A stretch of DNA of 64,000 nucleotides from Alphaproteobacteria bacterium (GTDB lineage: Bacteria > Pseudomonadota > Alphaproteobacteria > UBA828): assembly GCA_965221125.1 (NCBI GenBank), contig CBDCRW010000006.1:832001-896000 (forward strand), given 5' to 3'. The notes beneath the pieces are model-generated. The model had not been told where the DNA came from. It did no database searches and saw nothing but the letters and a program-made list of their open reading frames with translations. Each line of letters opens with the position of its first letter. Position 1 is the stretch's first letter. The translations under genes and the position numbers were made by a program. Of this stretch, positions 46,643 to 57,891 are shown piece by piece.

Positions 46643-47687
46643 CGATCAGGTCCTCGGCGTAGGCGAAGAGCGCCGGCATGCCGCCGGTATGGACGAAGAC
46701 CACCGTCTCGTCCGCTCCGATGGCGCCCTGCTTCACGTGATCGATCAGGCCGGCCATGGCCTTGCCCGAGTAGACGGGGTCAAGAAAGATGCCTTCCGTC
46801 CCGGCCACCAGCCCGATGGCGGCCCGCGCCTCGGGCGAGACCACGCCGTAGTCCTCGCCGATATGGTTCTCGTCGGCGCGGAAGTCGCCCGGCTGGATCG
46901 CGAGGTTGAGATCGAGCGCGCGCGCCGTCGCCGTGGCGACCCGCGCGATGTCGAGCTCGCGCGGCTCTTCCCAGCGGATCGGGCTGATCGCCGTCACCCG
47001 CGCCTGGCGTCCCAGCGCGCGCAGGCCGGTGACGAGGCCCGCCGGCGTGTTGTTGGCGCCGCAGATGAAGACCTGGGCAGGGTCGATCCCGGCGTCCTCG
47101 AACTGGGCATCCAGCTCGATCGCGGTGCCGACGTAGCCGAGCGCCGCAAGCACCTGCTGGTCGAGGGCGAAGGGCGCGATCACGAAGGGGCGCCGGCCGG
47201 CCGCCTCGAGCGCGCGGGCCTTCTCGTCGAGCAGCGGCTGGATCTTCTCCATGCTGTCGATGTCCACCACGGTCACGTCCGCGCCCATCAGGCGGTCGAG
47301 CAGCAGGTTGCCCTGCACCCGCGGTCCCTTGACGCCGTGGATCAGCACCAGCGAGACCGCAAGCCCGTGCTTGCACGCCGCCGCCGTGATCTGCCGGCAC
47401 CAGTTGGACTGCGTGTAGGCGCCCGCGACCACCGTGTCCGCGCCGGATTGCAGGATCTCGGCGAAGGTGAATTCCAGGTGGCGCGTCTTGTTGCCGCCGA
47501 AGGCGAGGCCGGTGAGGTCGTCACGCTTGATGTAGAGGGCGCGCACACCAATCGCCTCGGCGAGCCTGGGGCAGGGGTCGAGCGGCGTCGGCAGGTACGC
47601 GAGCCGGATGCGTGGGTGCGCCGCCAGCCGGGCGGCGAGATCGTCCCGCGTCACCGCTGCGTCCGTGTGCTCTGCTGCAACCGCCAT
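46632..47687 (-). CDS. PLP-dependent D-cysteine desulfhydrase/ACC-deaminase family protein
   Basis: LPTPL, IKRDDLTG..FGGNK.R.LE, QSN, GNLLL, EGI.LDPVYSGKAM and HTGG. The Ser/Thr pair points to the D-cysteine desulfhydrase/cysteate lyase branch. Confidence 0.88.
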   Translation of the reverse strand: MAVAAEHTDAAVTRDDLAARLAAHPRIRLAYLPTPLDPCPRLAEAIGVRALYIKRDDLTGLAFGGNKTRHLEFTFAEILQSGADTVVAGAYTQSNWCRQITAAACKHGLAVSLVLIHGVKGPRVQGNLLLDRLMGADVTVVDIDSMEKIQPLLDEKARALEAAGRRPFVIAPFALDQQVLAALGYVGTAIELDAQFEDAGIDPAQVFICGANNTPAGLVTGLRALGRQARVTAISPIRWEEPRELDIARVATATARALDLNLAIQPGDFRADENHIGEDYGVVSPEARAAIGLVAGTEGIFLDPVYSGKAMAGLIDHVKQGAIGADETVVFVHTGGMPALFAYAEDLIDGG

Positions 47688-47863
47688 GTCGCTCCCCCAC
47701 CTTCCTTCCGGCCATCCTATCGCCGCCGGGAAGCGCCCGGCAACCGACGGCACCGTCAATCGACGGAGATCGCCCCCGCGGTTCGCGGGCTGTACAGTGC
47801 CATCGTCGGTGTACTAGCATCGGCCATCGACATAAGCGCGCACGATGCAAAAGGGAGATTCCG

Positions 47864-49426
47864 ATGACCAAGACGACACGGCGCAATTTCCTGAAGGGCA
47901 CCGCCGCTGCGGGCACGATCGCCGCGTTCGGCGGTCAGGCGCCTTTCTTCAAGAAGGCGCTCGGCCAGGGCAAGAAGAGCGTCGTGTGGGGGCAGACGGA
48001 GCCCTTCACGTCGAGCTGGGACCCCAGCAGCCACACCATCCTGGCGCAGATCTACTTCGACTATGACGTGTTCGGCCAGCTCATCCGCACGCCGATGTCG
48101 CAGGCCCAGCCCGACGAGATCGTGTACGAGATGGCGACCAGCCAGAATGTGGTCGAGGACGGCTGGCTCGAATACACGCTGCGCAAGGACATCAAGTTCC
48201 ACCGCGGCCAGCCCTTCACCGCGCATGACGTGAAGGCGACCTTCGAGTACGCCTCCAATCCCGAGCGGCCGTCCGGCACGTGGTATCCCGGCCAGGCCGA
48301 GGTGCAGGTGGTCGACGACTACACCTGCCGCGTGCGGGGCGAGGGCGGCTCCTATCCGGGCTCTCTGTTCTGGTTCCTCGCGGGCTTCCTGCCGATCCTG
48401 TCGAAGGACGATATCGATACCAAGGCCATCGACGAGTTCCCCAACGGCTCCGGCTCCTACAAGTTCATCAGCCGCGACGGGCCGACGACGATCCTCAACG
48501 CCAACCCCGATTACGTGCTCGGCTCGCCCGAGATCGAGGAGGTCGTCTACCAGTTCGTGCCCGACGCCAGTACCCGTCTGGTGAGCCTGATTAGCGGCGA
48601 GCTCGACATCATCGAGCGCGTCGAGCCCGAGCAGTACGAGACCCTGCTGGAGGAGGACGTCACGACCTCGCGCACGGTCTCGACCGAGAACAAGTACCTC
48701 CATTTCCGCTGCTACGAGCCGCCGTTCGACGACGTGCGCCTGCGCCACGCGGCGGCCCACGCCATCGACCGCGACCTCATCCTCGAGCTGATGGGGCCGG
48801 CCGGGCACCCGACGGTGGGGCAGCTCTCCTCGGCGAAGTTCGGCTACACCGACACCATCCCGAACTCGCCGGAATACAACCCAGAGCGCTGTCAGGAGCT
48901 TCTGGCCGAGGCCGGCTACCCCGGCGGCGACGGCCTGCCGCCGATCGAGTACCTGACCTCGCAAGGCTTCTATCCGAAGACCAAGGAGTACGGCGAGGTC
49001 ATCACCGCGCTGCTGCAGGAGCAGGGCTTCCCGGTAGAGTTCACGGTGATGGAGGTCGCCTCCTGGATCGAGCGCGTGTTCGTCCGCGACGAGACCGCGC
49101 CTCAGCTTGCCGATACCGGCTGGATGACCGGATCGCCCGAGCCCAACCTGGTGCTCAGGCCCATGTGGCATTCGGACGGCCTGATCCTGACCAACTGCGG
49201 CAGCGACACCGTGGATGCGGCGATCGAGAAGCAGCAGACGATCACCGACGTGGACGCGCGGCGCGCGTCGATCCAGAACGAGCTGATGCCGGCGCTGGCC
49301 GACCATCTGCCGAGCTTCGGGCTCTTCACCTCGGTGCTGATCCACGCCCACCATCCGGCTATCGAGGGGATCTACTTTCTGCCCAACGGGCCGGTGGACA
49401 AGGTCAAAGCGACGCTCACGTCTTGA
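47864..49426 (+). CDS. ABC transporter substrate-binding protein, family 5 (peptide/nickel/opine), Tat-exported
   Basis: Twin-arginine TRRNFLK, LR...KFH.G.PFTA.DVK.TF, PNGSG.YK, PFDDVRLR.A..HAIDR and Y.PE...ELLAEAGY. Confidence 0.92.
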   Translation: MTKTTRRNFLKGTAAAGTIAAFGGQAPFFKKALGQGKKSVVWGQTEPFTSSWDPSSHTILAQIYFDYDVFGQLIRTPMSQAQPDEIVYEMATSQNVVEDGWLEYTLRKDIKFHRGQPFTAHDVKATFEYASNPERPSGTWYPGQAEVQVVDDYTCRVRGEGGSYPGSLFWFLAGFLPILSKDDIDTKAIDEFPNGSGSYKFISRDGPTTILNANPDYVLGSPEIEEVVYQFVPDASTRLVSLISGELDIIERVEPEQYETLLEEDVTTSRTVSTENKYLHFRCYEPPFDDVRLRHAAAHAIDRDLILELMGPAGHPTVGQLSSAKFGYTDTIPNSPEYNPERCQELLAEAGYPGGDGLPPIEYLTSQGFYPKTKEYGEVITALLQEQGFPVEFTVMEVASWIERVFVRDETAPQLADTGWMTGSPEPNLVLRPMWHSDGLILTNCGSDTVDAAIEKQQTITDVDARRASIQNELMPALADHLPSFGLFTSVLIHAHHPAIEGIYFLPNGPVDKVKATLTS

Positions 49427-49436
49427 CCGATCCTTT

Positions 49437-49466
49437 GCGGGGGCTCCGGGCAGGCGGAGCCCCCGC
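49437..49466 (+). terminator. Strong stem-loop after the SBP gene (partial terminator or mRNA stabiliser)
   Basis: GCGGGGGCTCCG-GGCAGG-CGGAGCCCCCGC followed by CTCTCTT. Confidence 0.6.
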
Positions 49467-49500
49467 CTCTCTTCATCCCGCCGCGTAGCACGGTCCCAGC

Positions 49501-50520
49501 ATGGCATTCGTCCTCACGTTCCTGATCCGCCGCCTTGCGCAGGGCGTGGTCATCGTGCTGCTGGTGACGTTCCTGATCTTCACGTTGCTGCGGGTCATTC
49601 CGGGCGATCCCGTGCGGATCATGCTGGGGCCCGCCACCACCCAGGCGGTGGTCGAGGCCCGCGCGCAGGAGCTGGGCCTGCGCGATTCGATCCCCGAGCA
49701 GTTCGTCCGCTACATCGCCAAGGCGGTGCAGGGCGACTTCGGCGAATCCTACTTCATCGGCGAGACCGGCATCGCGCTCACGGCGCAGAACGTCGTCGGC
49801 GGCAAGGGGCAGGACACCGCCACCGAGCAGCGCGAGGCCAAGATGACCCGCGCCGGCGTGCTCAAGGTCATCGCCGACGGTCTGCCGTACACGCTGATGC
49901 TGGCGGGCATGGGCTTGCTGTTTACGCTCTTGATGGCGGTGCCGCTTGGAATTGCGGCCGGCCTCAATCAGGAGAAGTGGCAAGACCGATTAGCATTCTT
50001 TATAGGTTCGGTCTTCATATCGCTGCCAAACTTCTGGTTAGCCTTGGTGCTGATCCTGCTGATCACGGCGCGCGCGGGCCTGCTGCCCTCCATCGGCTAC
50101 AAGGGCTTCGGCTACGTCATCCTGCCGGCCATCGTGCTGGCGGTGGAGCTGGCACCCATCATCATCCGCGGGCTTTCGATGTCGATCGCCCAGGCGCTGC
50201 AGGCGGGCTACGTCTCCGGCGGCATCGTGCGCGGGCTGCCCTGGCGGCAGATCATCGTGCGCCATGTGCTGCGCAACTCGTCGATTCCCATGCTGAACCT
50301 CTTCGGCGTGCAGATCGGCGGCCTGCTGCTCGGCGGCGTCTTCGTCACCGAGTTCGTGTTCGACTATCCCGGTGTCGGGCGGTCCACCGTGCAGGCGGTG
50401 CTGCAGCGTGACTTCCCGGTGATTCAGGGCGTCGCTATCCTGGCGGCGAGCATTCTCGTGCTCGCCAACATCATGGTGGACCTCGCGTCCACCTTCATCG
50501 ACCGCAGGCTCAAGTTCTGA
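49501..50520 (+). CDS. ABC transporter permease (DppB/OppB-like)
   Basis: PGDP, LGL...P.QF..YI.....GDFG.S, LPNFWL, RGL......RH.LRN and EFVF.YPG.G......QRDFPVIQG. Confidence 0.93.
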   Translation: MAFVLTFLIRRLAQGVVIVLLVTFLIFTLLRVIPGDPVRIMLGPATTQAVVEARAQELGLRDSIPEQFVRYIAKAVQGDFGESYFIGETGIALTAQNVVGGKGQDTATEQREAKMTRAGVLKVIADGLPYTLMLAGMGLLFTLLMAVPLGIAAGLNQEKWQDRLAFFIGSVFISLPNFWLALVLILLITARAGLLPSIGYKGFGYVILPAIVLAVELAPIIIRGLSMSIAQALQAGYVSGGIVRGLPWRQIIVRHVLRNSSIPMLNLFGVQIGGLLLGGVFVTEFVFDYPGVGRSTVQAVLQRDFPVIQGVAILAASILVLANIMVDLASTFIDRRLKF

Positions 50521-51428
50521 TGGCCGCCGAGACGGGCACGACCGGCACAAAGCGAGGGCGGGGCGAATCCGTCACCCGGCGGATGTTCCGCCTCGCCTGG
50601 GAGATGACGAGCTTCAAGATCGGGCTCGGCGTCTTCGTCGTGCTCGTCGGCGCCGCGATCATCTGGCCGGAGCTCTCGCCCTACGATCCCATGAAGATCA
50701 GCGTGCGCGAGCGCTTCCTGCCGCCCATCTTCCTGGAGGGCGGCACCTGGGCCCATCTCGCCGGCACCGACCAGCTCGGCCGCGACCTCTTCGTCCGCTC
50801 GCTGGTGGGCTTGCGCAACGGGCTCGGCATCGCGGCGGCCGCGGTCGCGATCATGTTCGTCGTCGGCTGCGCGCTCGGCGTGATTTCCGGCTACTGGGGC
50901 CGCTGGGTCGACATCATCCTGATGCGCATCACCGACGCCCAGCTCTCGATCCCGGTGATCGTGCTGGCGATCACGATCCTGAGCGTGAGCCGCCCCAACC
51001 CCTTCACGGTGACCGCCGTGCTGGTGCTGGCGGGGTGGCCGATTTATGCCCGCGTGGTGCGAAGCATCGCGCTCGCCGAGCGCGAGCGCGAATACGTGAG
51101 AGGGGCGAAGATTCTGGGCGCGAGCGACCTCAGGATCGCCGCGCTGATGATCTCGCCCAACATCCTGCCGCCCATCGCCTTCGTCGCCGTGCTCGATATC
51201 GCCCGAATGATGATCTTCGAGGCGCTGTTCGGATTCCTCGGCATCGGTATCCAGCCGCCGACGCCGACCTTCGGCAATATCATCGCCGACGGCTACAAGT
51301 ATCTGGTCAACAGCTGGTGGATCCCGACGATGCCCGGGGTCTTCCTCATCCTCACGCTCATCAGCATCAACCTGATGGGCGCCTCGCTGGAGCGCGCCCG
51401 CAACAAGCTCTTCAAGGGGATCGTCTAG
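50520..51428 (+). CDS. ABC transporter permease (DppC/OppC-like)
   Basis: H.AGTDQLGRD, ISGY.G...D..LMR..D, YARVVR, EYV..A..LGAS, FLGIG.QPP.P..G and WW....PG. Confidence 0.93.
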   Translation: MAAETGTTGTKRGRGESVTRRMFRLAWEMTSFKIGLGVFVVLVGAAIIWPELSPYDPMKISVRERFLPPIFLEGGTWAHLAGTDQLGRDLFVRSLVGLRNGLGIAAAAVAIMFVVGCALGVISGYWGRWVDIILMRITDAQLSIPVIVLAITILSVSRPNPFTVTAVLVLAGWPIYARVVRSIALAEREREYVRGAKILGASDLRIAALMISPNILPPIAFVAVLDIARMMIFEALFGFLGIGIQPPTPTFGNIIADGYKYLVNSWWIPTMPGVFLILTLISINLMGASLERARNKLFKGIV

Positions 51429-51431
51429 GCC

Positions 51432-53306
51432 ATGGCCGCACCGCCGCTCCTCGATGCGCAGGGCATCTCGGTCGATCTCGTCCGCCGCGGTGTGAGCGAG
51501 CCGATCCTGCGCGACGTGAGCTTCCAGCTGCGCGAGCGCCAGGTGCTCGGCATTATCGGCGAGAGCGGCTCGGGCAAGACCGTGCTGAGCCGTGTGCTCT
51601 GCAACGCGATCTCGGAGCCGCTCGAGATCGTCGGCGGCAGCGTCGGCTACCACGGCCGCGACCTGCTCACCATCCCGGACGCCGAGATGCAGGCGCTGCG
51701 CGGGAGCGAGATCGGCTATATCGGCTCCGACCCCGGCAGCACGCTGGACCCGACCATTCCCGTCGGCCATCAGATCGTGGAGAAGCTGCGCGCGGTCCAG
51801 CCCGAGATGTCCAAGGAGCAAGCACGCGAGCGCGCGCTGGAGGTGCTGCGCGCGGTCCGCATGCCGAGGCCCGAGCAGCGCTTCGACGAGTTCCCGTTCC
51901 AGTATTCCGGCGGCATGATGCAGCGCGCGCTGATCGTCGACGCGCTGGTCAGCAACCCCACTTTCCTCATCGCCGACAACGTCACCCAGCAGCTCGACGT
52001 CACCGTCGCAGCCCAGATCATCCGCCTGATGCACGACCTGCGCGATCAGCTCGACACGGCGATCATCTTCATCTCGTCGTCGCTCGCCATCGTGCGCGAG
52101 ATCGCGGACGACATCATCGTCCTCCAGGAAGGGCGGATCATCGAGCGCTCGACGCCGGAGGCGATCGTCAACGCGCCGGAGCACGACTACTCCAAGCGGC
52201 TGCTGGAGCGCATCCCGCGCATCTGGGCGGTGGAGGAGCGCGCCCAGCCCAAGACCGAGGGCGAGGCCGCGCTGCTGGAGGTCGACGACGTCTACAAGAC
52301 CTACCGCGTCAACGACCCGACCCGCTTCTTCGGCCACAACGACGTCGAAGCGGTGCGCGGCGTCACCTTCGACGTGAAGGCGGGCGAGAACTTCGGCATC
52401 GTGGGCGAGTCCGGCTGCGGCAAGTCCACGCTCTCGCGCCTGCTGAGCTGGATCGAGGCGCCCGACAAGGGCTCGATCTCGTTCGAGGGCGACAGCATCG
52501 CCAGGATGAACCGCCGCCGCCTGCTCGGGCTGCGGCACCGCTTCCAGCTCCTGCTGCAGGATCCCTACAACGCCATGCCGCCGCACATGCCGGTCGGCCG
52601 CACCATCCTGGAGCCCCTGCTGATCCACGGCGGCATGGGGCGCCGCGCCATGCGGAACCGCGTGCTGGAAGTGATGAACGAGGTGGGCCTGCCCGCCGAC
52701 ATCTACGATCACCTGCAGATCGGGCTCAGCGCCGGCCAGCGCCAGCGGATCAACCTCGCCCGCGCGCTGGTGCTGGAGCCCAGGCTCCTGATCCTGGACG
52801 AGACGCTGTCCGCGCTCGATCAGGTGGAGCAGTCGCGGCTCTTGGAGATCTTCGACAAGCTGCAGGCCGAGCACGGCTTCACCTACATCTTCATCTCCCA
52901 CGATCTTGCCATGGTGCGCCGCGCCTGCACCCGCATCGCCGTGATGTATCTAGGCAAGATCGTCGAGCTTGCGGACAACCACACGGTCTTCTTCGACCCC
53001 GGCCACCCCTACACGAAGGCTCTCCTGAGCGCGGTGCCCACCATCGAGGAACGCCGCTACGACGCGGCGGAGAACCTGCTGGAGGGCGAGCCGCCGAGCC
53101 CGATCGGCATTCCGCCCGGATGCAGCTTCAATTCGCGCTGCCCGCTTGCGTTCGAGCGCTGCACGACCGACGAGCCGGGGCTGGAGAACCGGGGCGACGA
53201 CCGCATCAGCGCCTGCTACTGGGCCAACGCGAGCGAGGACGAGCTTGCAGCCGCGGCAGAAGCCAACCGCGCCCGCCGCGCCGCGATGGAGGCGCAAGCC
53301 TCTTAG
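51432..53306 (+). CDS. Fused dual-NBD ABC ATP-binding protein (DppD/F-like), first NBD degenerate
   Basis: Two Walker A motifs (GESGSGKT, GESGCGKS), signatures YSGGM and LSAGQ, and C-terminal HPYT..LL / GC.F..RC....C oligopeptide-type tail. Confidence 0.92.
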   Translation: MAAPPLLDAQGISVDLVRRGVSEPILRDVSFQLRERQVLGIIGESGSGKTVLSRVLCNAISEPLEIVGGSVGYHGRDLLTIPDAEMQALRGSEIGYIGSDPGSTLDPTIPVGHQIVEKLRAVQPEMSKEQARERALEVLRAVRMPRPEQRFDEFPFQYSGGMMQRALIVDALVSNPTFLIADNVTQQLDVTVAAQIIRLMHDLRDQLDTAIIFISSSLAIVREIADDIIVLQEGRIIERSTPEAIVNAPEHDYSKRLLERIPRIWAVEERAQPKTEGEAALLEVDDVYKTYRVNDPTRFFGHNDVEAVRGVTFDVKAGENFGIVGESGCGKSTLSRLLSWIEAPDKGSISFEGDSIARMNRRRLLGLRHRFQLLLQDPYNAMPPHMPVGRTILEPLLIHGGMGRRAMRNRVLEVMNEVGLPADIYDHLQIGLSAGQRQRINLARALVLEPRLLILDETLSALDQVEQSRLLEIFDKLQAEHGFTYIFISHDLAMVRRACTRIAVMYLGKIVELADNHTVFFDPGHPYTKALLSAVPTIEERRYDAAENLLEGEPPSPIGIPPGCSFNSRCPLAFERCTTDEPGLENRGDDRISACYWANASEDELAAAAEANRARRAAMEAQAS

Positions 53307-53340
53307 CCGAACTCGGGCGGCCCAGGACGGGAGCCGCTCG

Positions 53341-54369
53341 TCAGCGCAGCTCTTCCGTCATCTGCGCCTCCGAGCCGCGAGAGAGCGCGGCGCCGGCTTC
53401 GGCCGTGATCTCGTAGGAGCGCAGACGTGCCGCGTGGTCGTGGATGTTGGAGGTCACCATGATCTCGTCCACGCCGGTCTGCTCGGCGAACGCGCCCAGC
53501 CGCTCCACCACCGTCTCCAGCGTGCCCGAGGCCGCGCAGGTGAACCAGCGGGCGAGGATGTTCCGTTCCTGCGGGTCGAGCGTGGCCTCGAAGCCCTGCA
53601 CCGGGCGGGGCAGGGGCCCCGGCGCATTGCGGTGCAGGTTCAGCACCGATTGCTGGGCCGAGCTCCGCACGTAAGCTGCCTCGTCCTCGCTGTCGGCGGC
53701 GAAGACGTTGAACCCCGCCATCATGTAGGGTTCCGCGCACTGCTCCGAGGGGCGGAACTGCTCGCGGTAGACCTCGATCGCCTGCATCAGCGCTGCGGGC
53801 GCGAAGTGCGAGGCGAAGGCGTAGGGGAGCCCGAGAGCGGCCGCGAGCTGCGCGCCGAAGAGGCTGGAGCCCAGGATCCAGAGCGGCACGTTGAGGCCGG
53901 CGCCTGGCACGGCGCGCACCCGCCTGCCCGGCTGCGACGGCTGGAAGTAGCTCTGCAGCTCCACCACGTCGCGGGGAAAGTCGTTGACGTCGCCGGTGAG
54001 CGTGCGCCGGAGCGCATGCGCGGTCATCTGGTCCGTTCCCGGCGCGCGGCCGATGCCGAGGTCGATCCGCCCCGGATAGAGCGATTCCAGGGTGCCGAAC
54101 TGCTCGGCGATCACCAGCGGCGCGTGGTTGGGCAGCATGATGCCGCCGGCGCCGACGCGCATCGTCTCGGTCGCGCCCGCGACGTGGCCGATCAGCACCG
54201 CCGTCGCGGCGCTGCCGATGCCCGCCATGTTGTGATGCTCGGCCAGCCAGTAGCGCCGAAAGCCCAGGCGCTCGACGTGGCGCGCGAGCCCCACCGTGTT
54301 GCGGAAGGCCTGCGCCGCGTTCGCGCCTTCGGGGATCGGCGAAAGATCGAGGACCGAGAGTGCGACCAT
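53341..54369 (-). CDS. LLM-class flavin-dependent oxidoreductase (luciferase-like, YhbW type)
   Basis: [54 protein letters not shown] and WILGSS.FGA. Confidence 0.93.
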   Translation of the reverse strand: MVALSVLDLSPIPEGANAAQAFRNTVGLARHVERLGFRRYWLAEHHNMAGIGSAATAVLIGHVAGATETMRVGAGGIMLPNHAPLVIAEQFGTLESLYPGRIDLGIGRAPGTDQMTAHALRRTLTGDVNDFPRDVVELQSYFQPSQPGRRVRAVPGAGLNVPLWILGSSLFGAQLAAALGLPYAFASHFAPAALMQAIEVYREQFRPSEQCAEPYMMAGFNVFAADSEDEAAYVRSSAQQSVLNLHRNAPGPLPRPVQGFEATLDPQERNILARWFTCAASGTLETVVERLGAFAEQTGVDEIMVTSNIHDHAARLRSYEITAEAGAALSRGSEAQMTEELR

Positions 54370-54390
54370 GGACCGGGCAGGGCGCCTCGC

Positions 54391-56562
<2,172 letters not shown>

Positions 56563-56625
56563 GGGCGCACTATAGGGGCGGCCCGCGCCCCCGCGCCAGA
56601 GGGGCGTCGCCGCCCTCCGCCGTTC

Positions 56626-56654
56626 TGGACAAACGAACGCGCCGGGCCGATAGT
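56626..56654 (+). promoter_or_regulatory. Putative sigma70 promoter of apaG
   Basis: TGGACA-N17-GATAGT upstream of a GGAGG RBS. Confidence 0.45.
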
Positions 56655-56683
56655 GCGACCCGAATTCCCGCCGGAGGATGTTG

Positions 56684-57076
56684 ATGTATCAGAAGGAAAC
56701 GCGGGCGATCGAGATCACGGTTAAGCCGTTCTATCTGGAGGAGCAGTCCGAGCCCGACGACAGCCACTTCGTGTTCGCCTACCACATCCGCATCCAGAAC
56801 AACGGCCGGGACGTGGTGCAGCTCCTGAACCGCTACTGGCAGATCACCGACGGCCTCGGCCGCATGCAGGAGGTGCGCGGCCCTGGGGTCGTCGGCGAGC
56901 AGCCGGTGCTGCGACCGGGAGAGGCGTTCGAGTACACGAGCGGATGTCCGCTCAACACCGCGACCGGGATCATGGTCGGCACCTACGAGATGGAAACGCT
57001 GGACGGCGAGCGCTTCGATGTGGATATTCCGGCATTCTCGCTCGACACGCCGGATGCGCCCGTGCAGCTTAACTGA
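56684..57076 (+). CDS. apaG: ApaG family protein
   Basis: FAY.IRI.N.G...[32 protein letters not shown] and IP.FSL. Confidence 0.96.
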   Translation: MYQKETRAIEITVKPFYLEEQSEPDDSHFVFAYHIRIQNNGRDVVQLLNRYWQITDGLGRMQEVRGPGVVGEQPVLRPGEAFEYTSGCPLNTATGIMVGTYEMETLDGERFDVDIPAFSLDTPDAPVQLN

Positions 57077-57187
57077 GGCCGCGCGGCCGCCGGCTCGCCG
57101 ACCAGACAAACGAACGACGCCGGGGCCGCCCCGCCGCGGCCCCGCAGCACCGTACAGCCGGCCGAGGGCCGGAGAAGGAGATCGCCC

Positions 57188-57838
57188 GTGGACGACAGCC
57201 AGCTCGCGCCGGTGGCCGGCGCCGATGACGACACGCTCCAGGGAGCCGGCGGGCGGCCGACCAGGGAGGAGGCCGAGCAGGCGGTCCGTGTGCTGCTCCG
57301 CTGGACCGGCGACGATCCCGAGCGCGAGGGCCTGCTGGATACGCCCAAGCGGGTCGTGCGCGCCTACGAGGAGTATTTCAGGGGCTACGGCCAGGACCCC
57401 TATGCGATCCTGCGCCGCACCTTCGAGGAGACGAACGGCTACGACGAGATGGTCGTCCTCCGCGACATCGACTTCCGTTCGCACTGCGAGCACCACGTCG
57501 CGCCGATCGTCGGCCGCGCCCACATCGGCTATCTGCCGAGCAACCGCGTGGTCGGGATCAGCAAGCTCGCGCGCGTGGTCGACGTGTACGCCCGGCGCCT
57601 GCAGATTCAGGAGAAGCTGACCGCCGAGATCGCCGATTCGATCGAGACGGTGCTGCAGCCGCGCGGCGTCGGCGTCGTGATCGAGGCGGCGCACCACTGC
57701 ATGACGACCCGCGGTGTCTCCAAGGAGGGAGTCCTCATGGTGACGAGCCGGATGCTCGGCACGTTTCGCACGGATCCGAAGACCCGCCGCGAGTTTCTCA
57801 GCATGATCGGGAACCCGGCGGCCTCGGTGCCACGCTAG
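57188..57838 (+). CDS. folE: GTP cyclohydrolase I
   Basis: [31 protein letters not shown] and HHCMTTRGV. Confidence 0.97.
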   Translation: MDDSQLAPVAGADDDTLQGAGGRPTREEAEQAVRVLLRWTGDDPEREGLLDTPKRVVRAYEEYFRGYGQDPYAILRRTFEETNGYDEMVVLRDIDFRSHCEHHVAPIVGRAHIGYLPSNRVVGISKLARVVDVYARRLQIQEKLTAEIADSIETVLQPRGVGVVIEAAHHCMTTRGVSKEGVLMVTSRMLGTFRTDPKTRREFLSMIGNPAASVPR

Positions 57839-57891
57839 GCCGGTAGGCCCGGCCGCATCGCCGGGTCGCTTGAGGCCACGAACGCCGTCCG

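Noticed and set aside
46632-47687. ACC deaminase (acdS)
   Set aside because: It has DPVYS and HTGG rather than the DPVYE/HLGG residues diagnostic of true ACC deaminases.
56563-56680. Alphaproteobacterial LexA box upstream of uvrB
   Set aside because: Only GTTC-N9-GAAC is present, not the GTTC-N7-GTTC / GAAC-N7-GAAC direct repeat.
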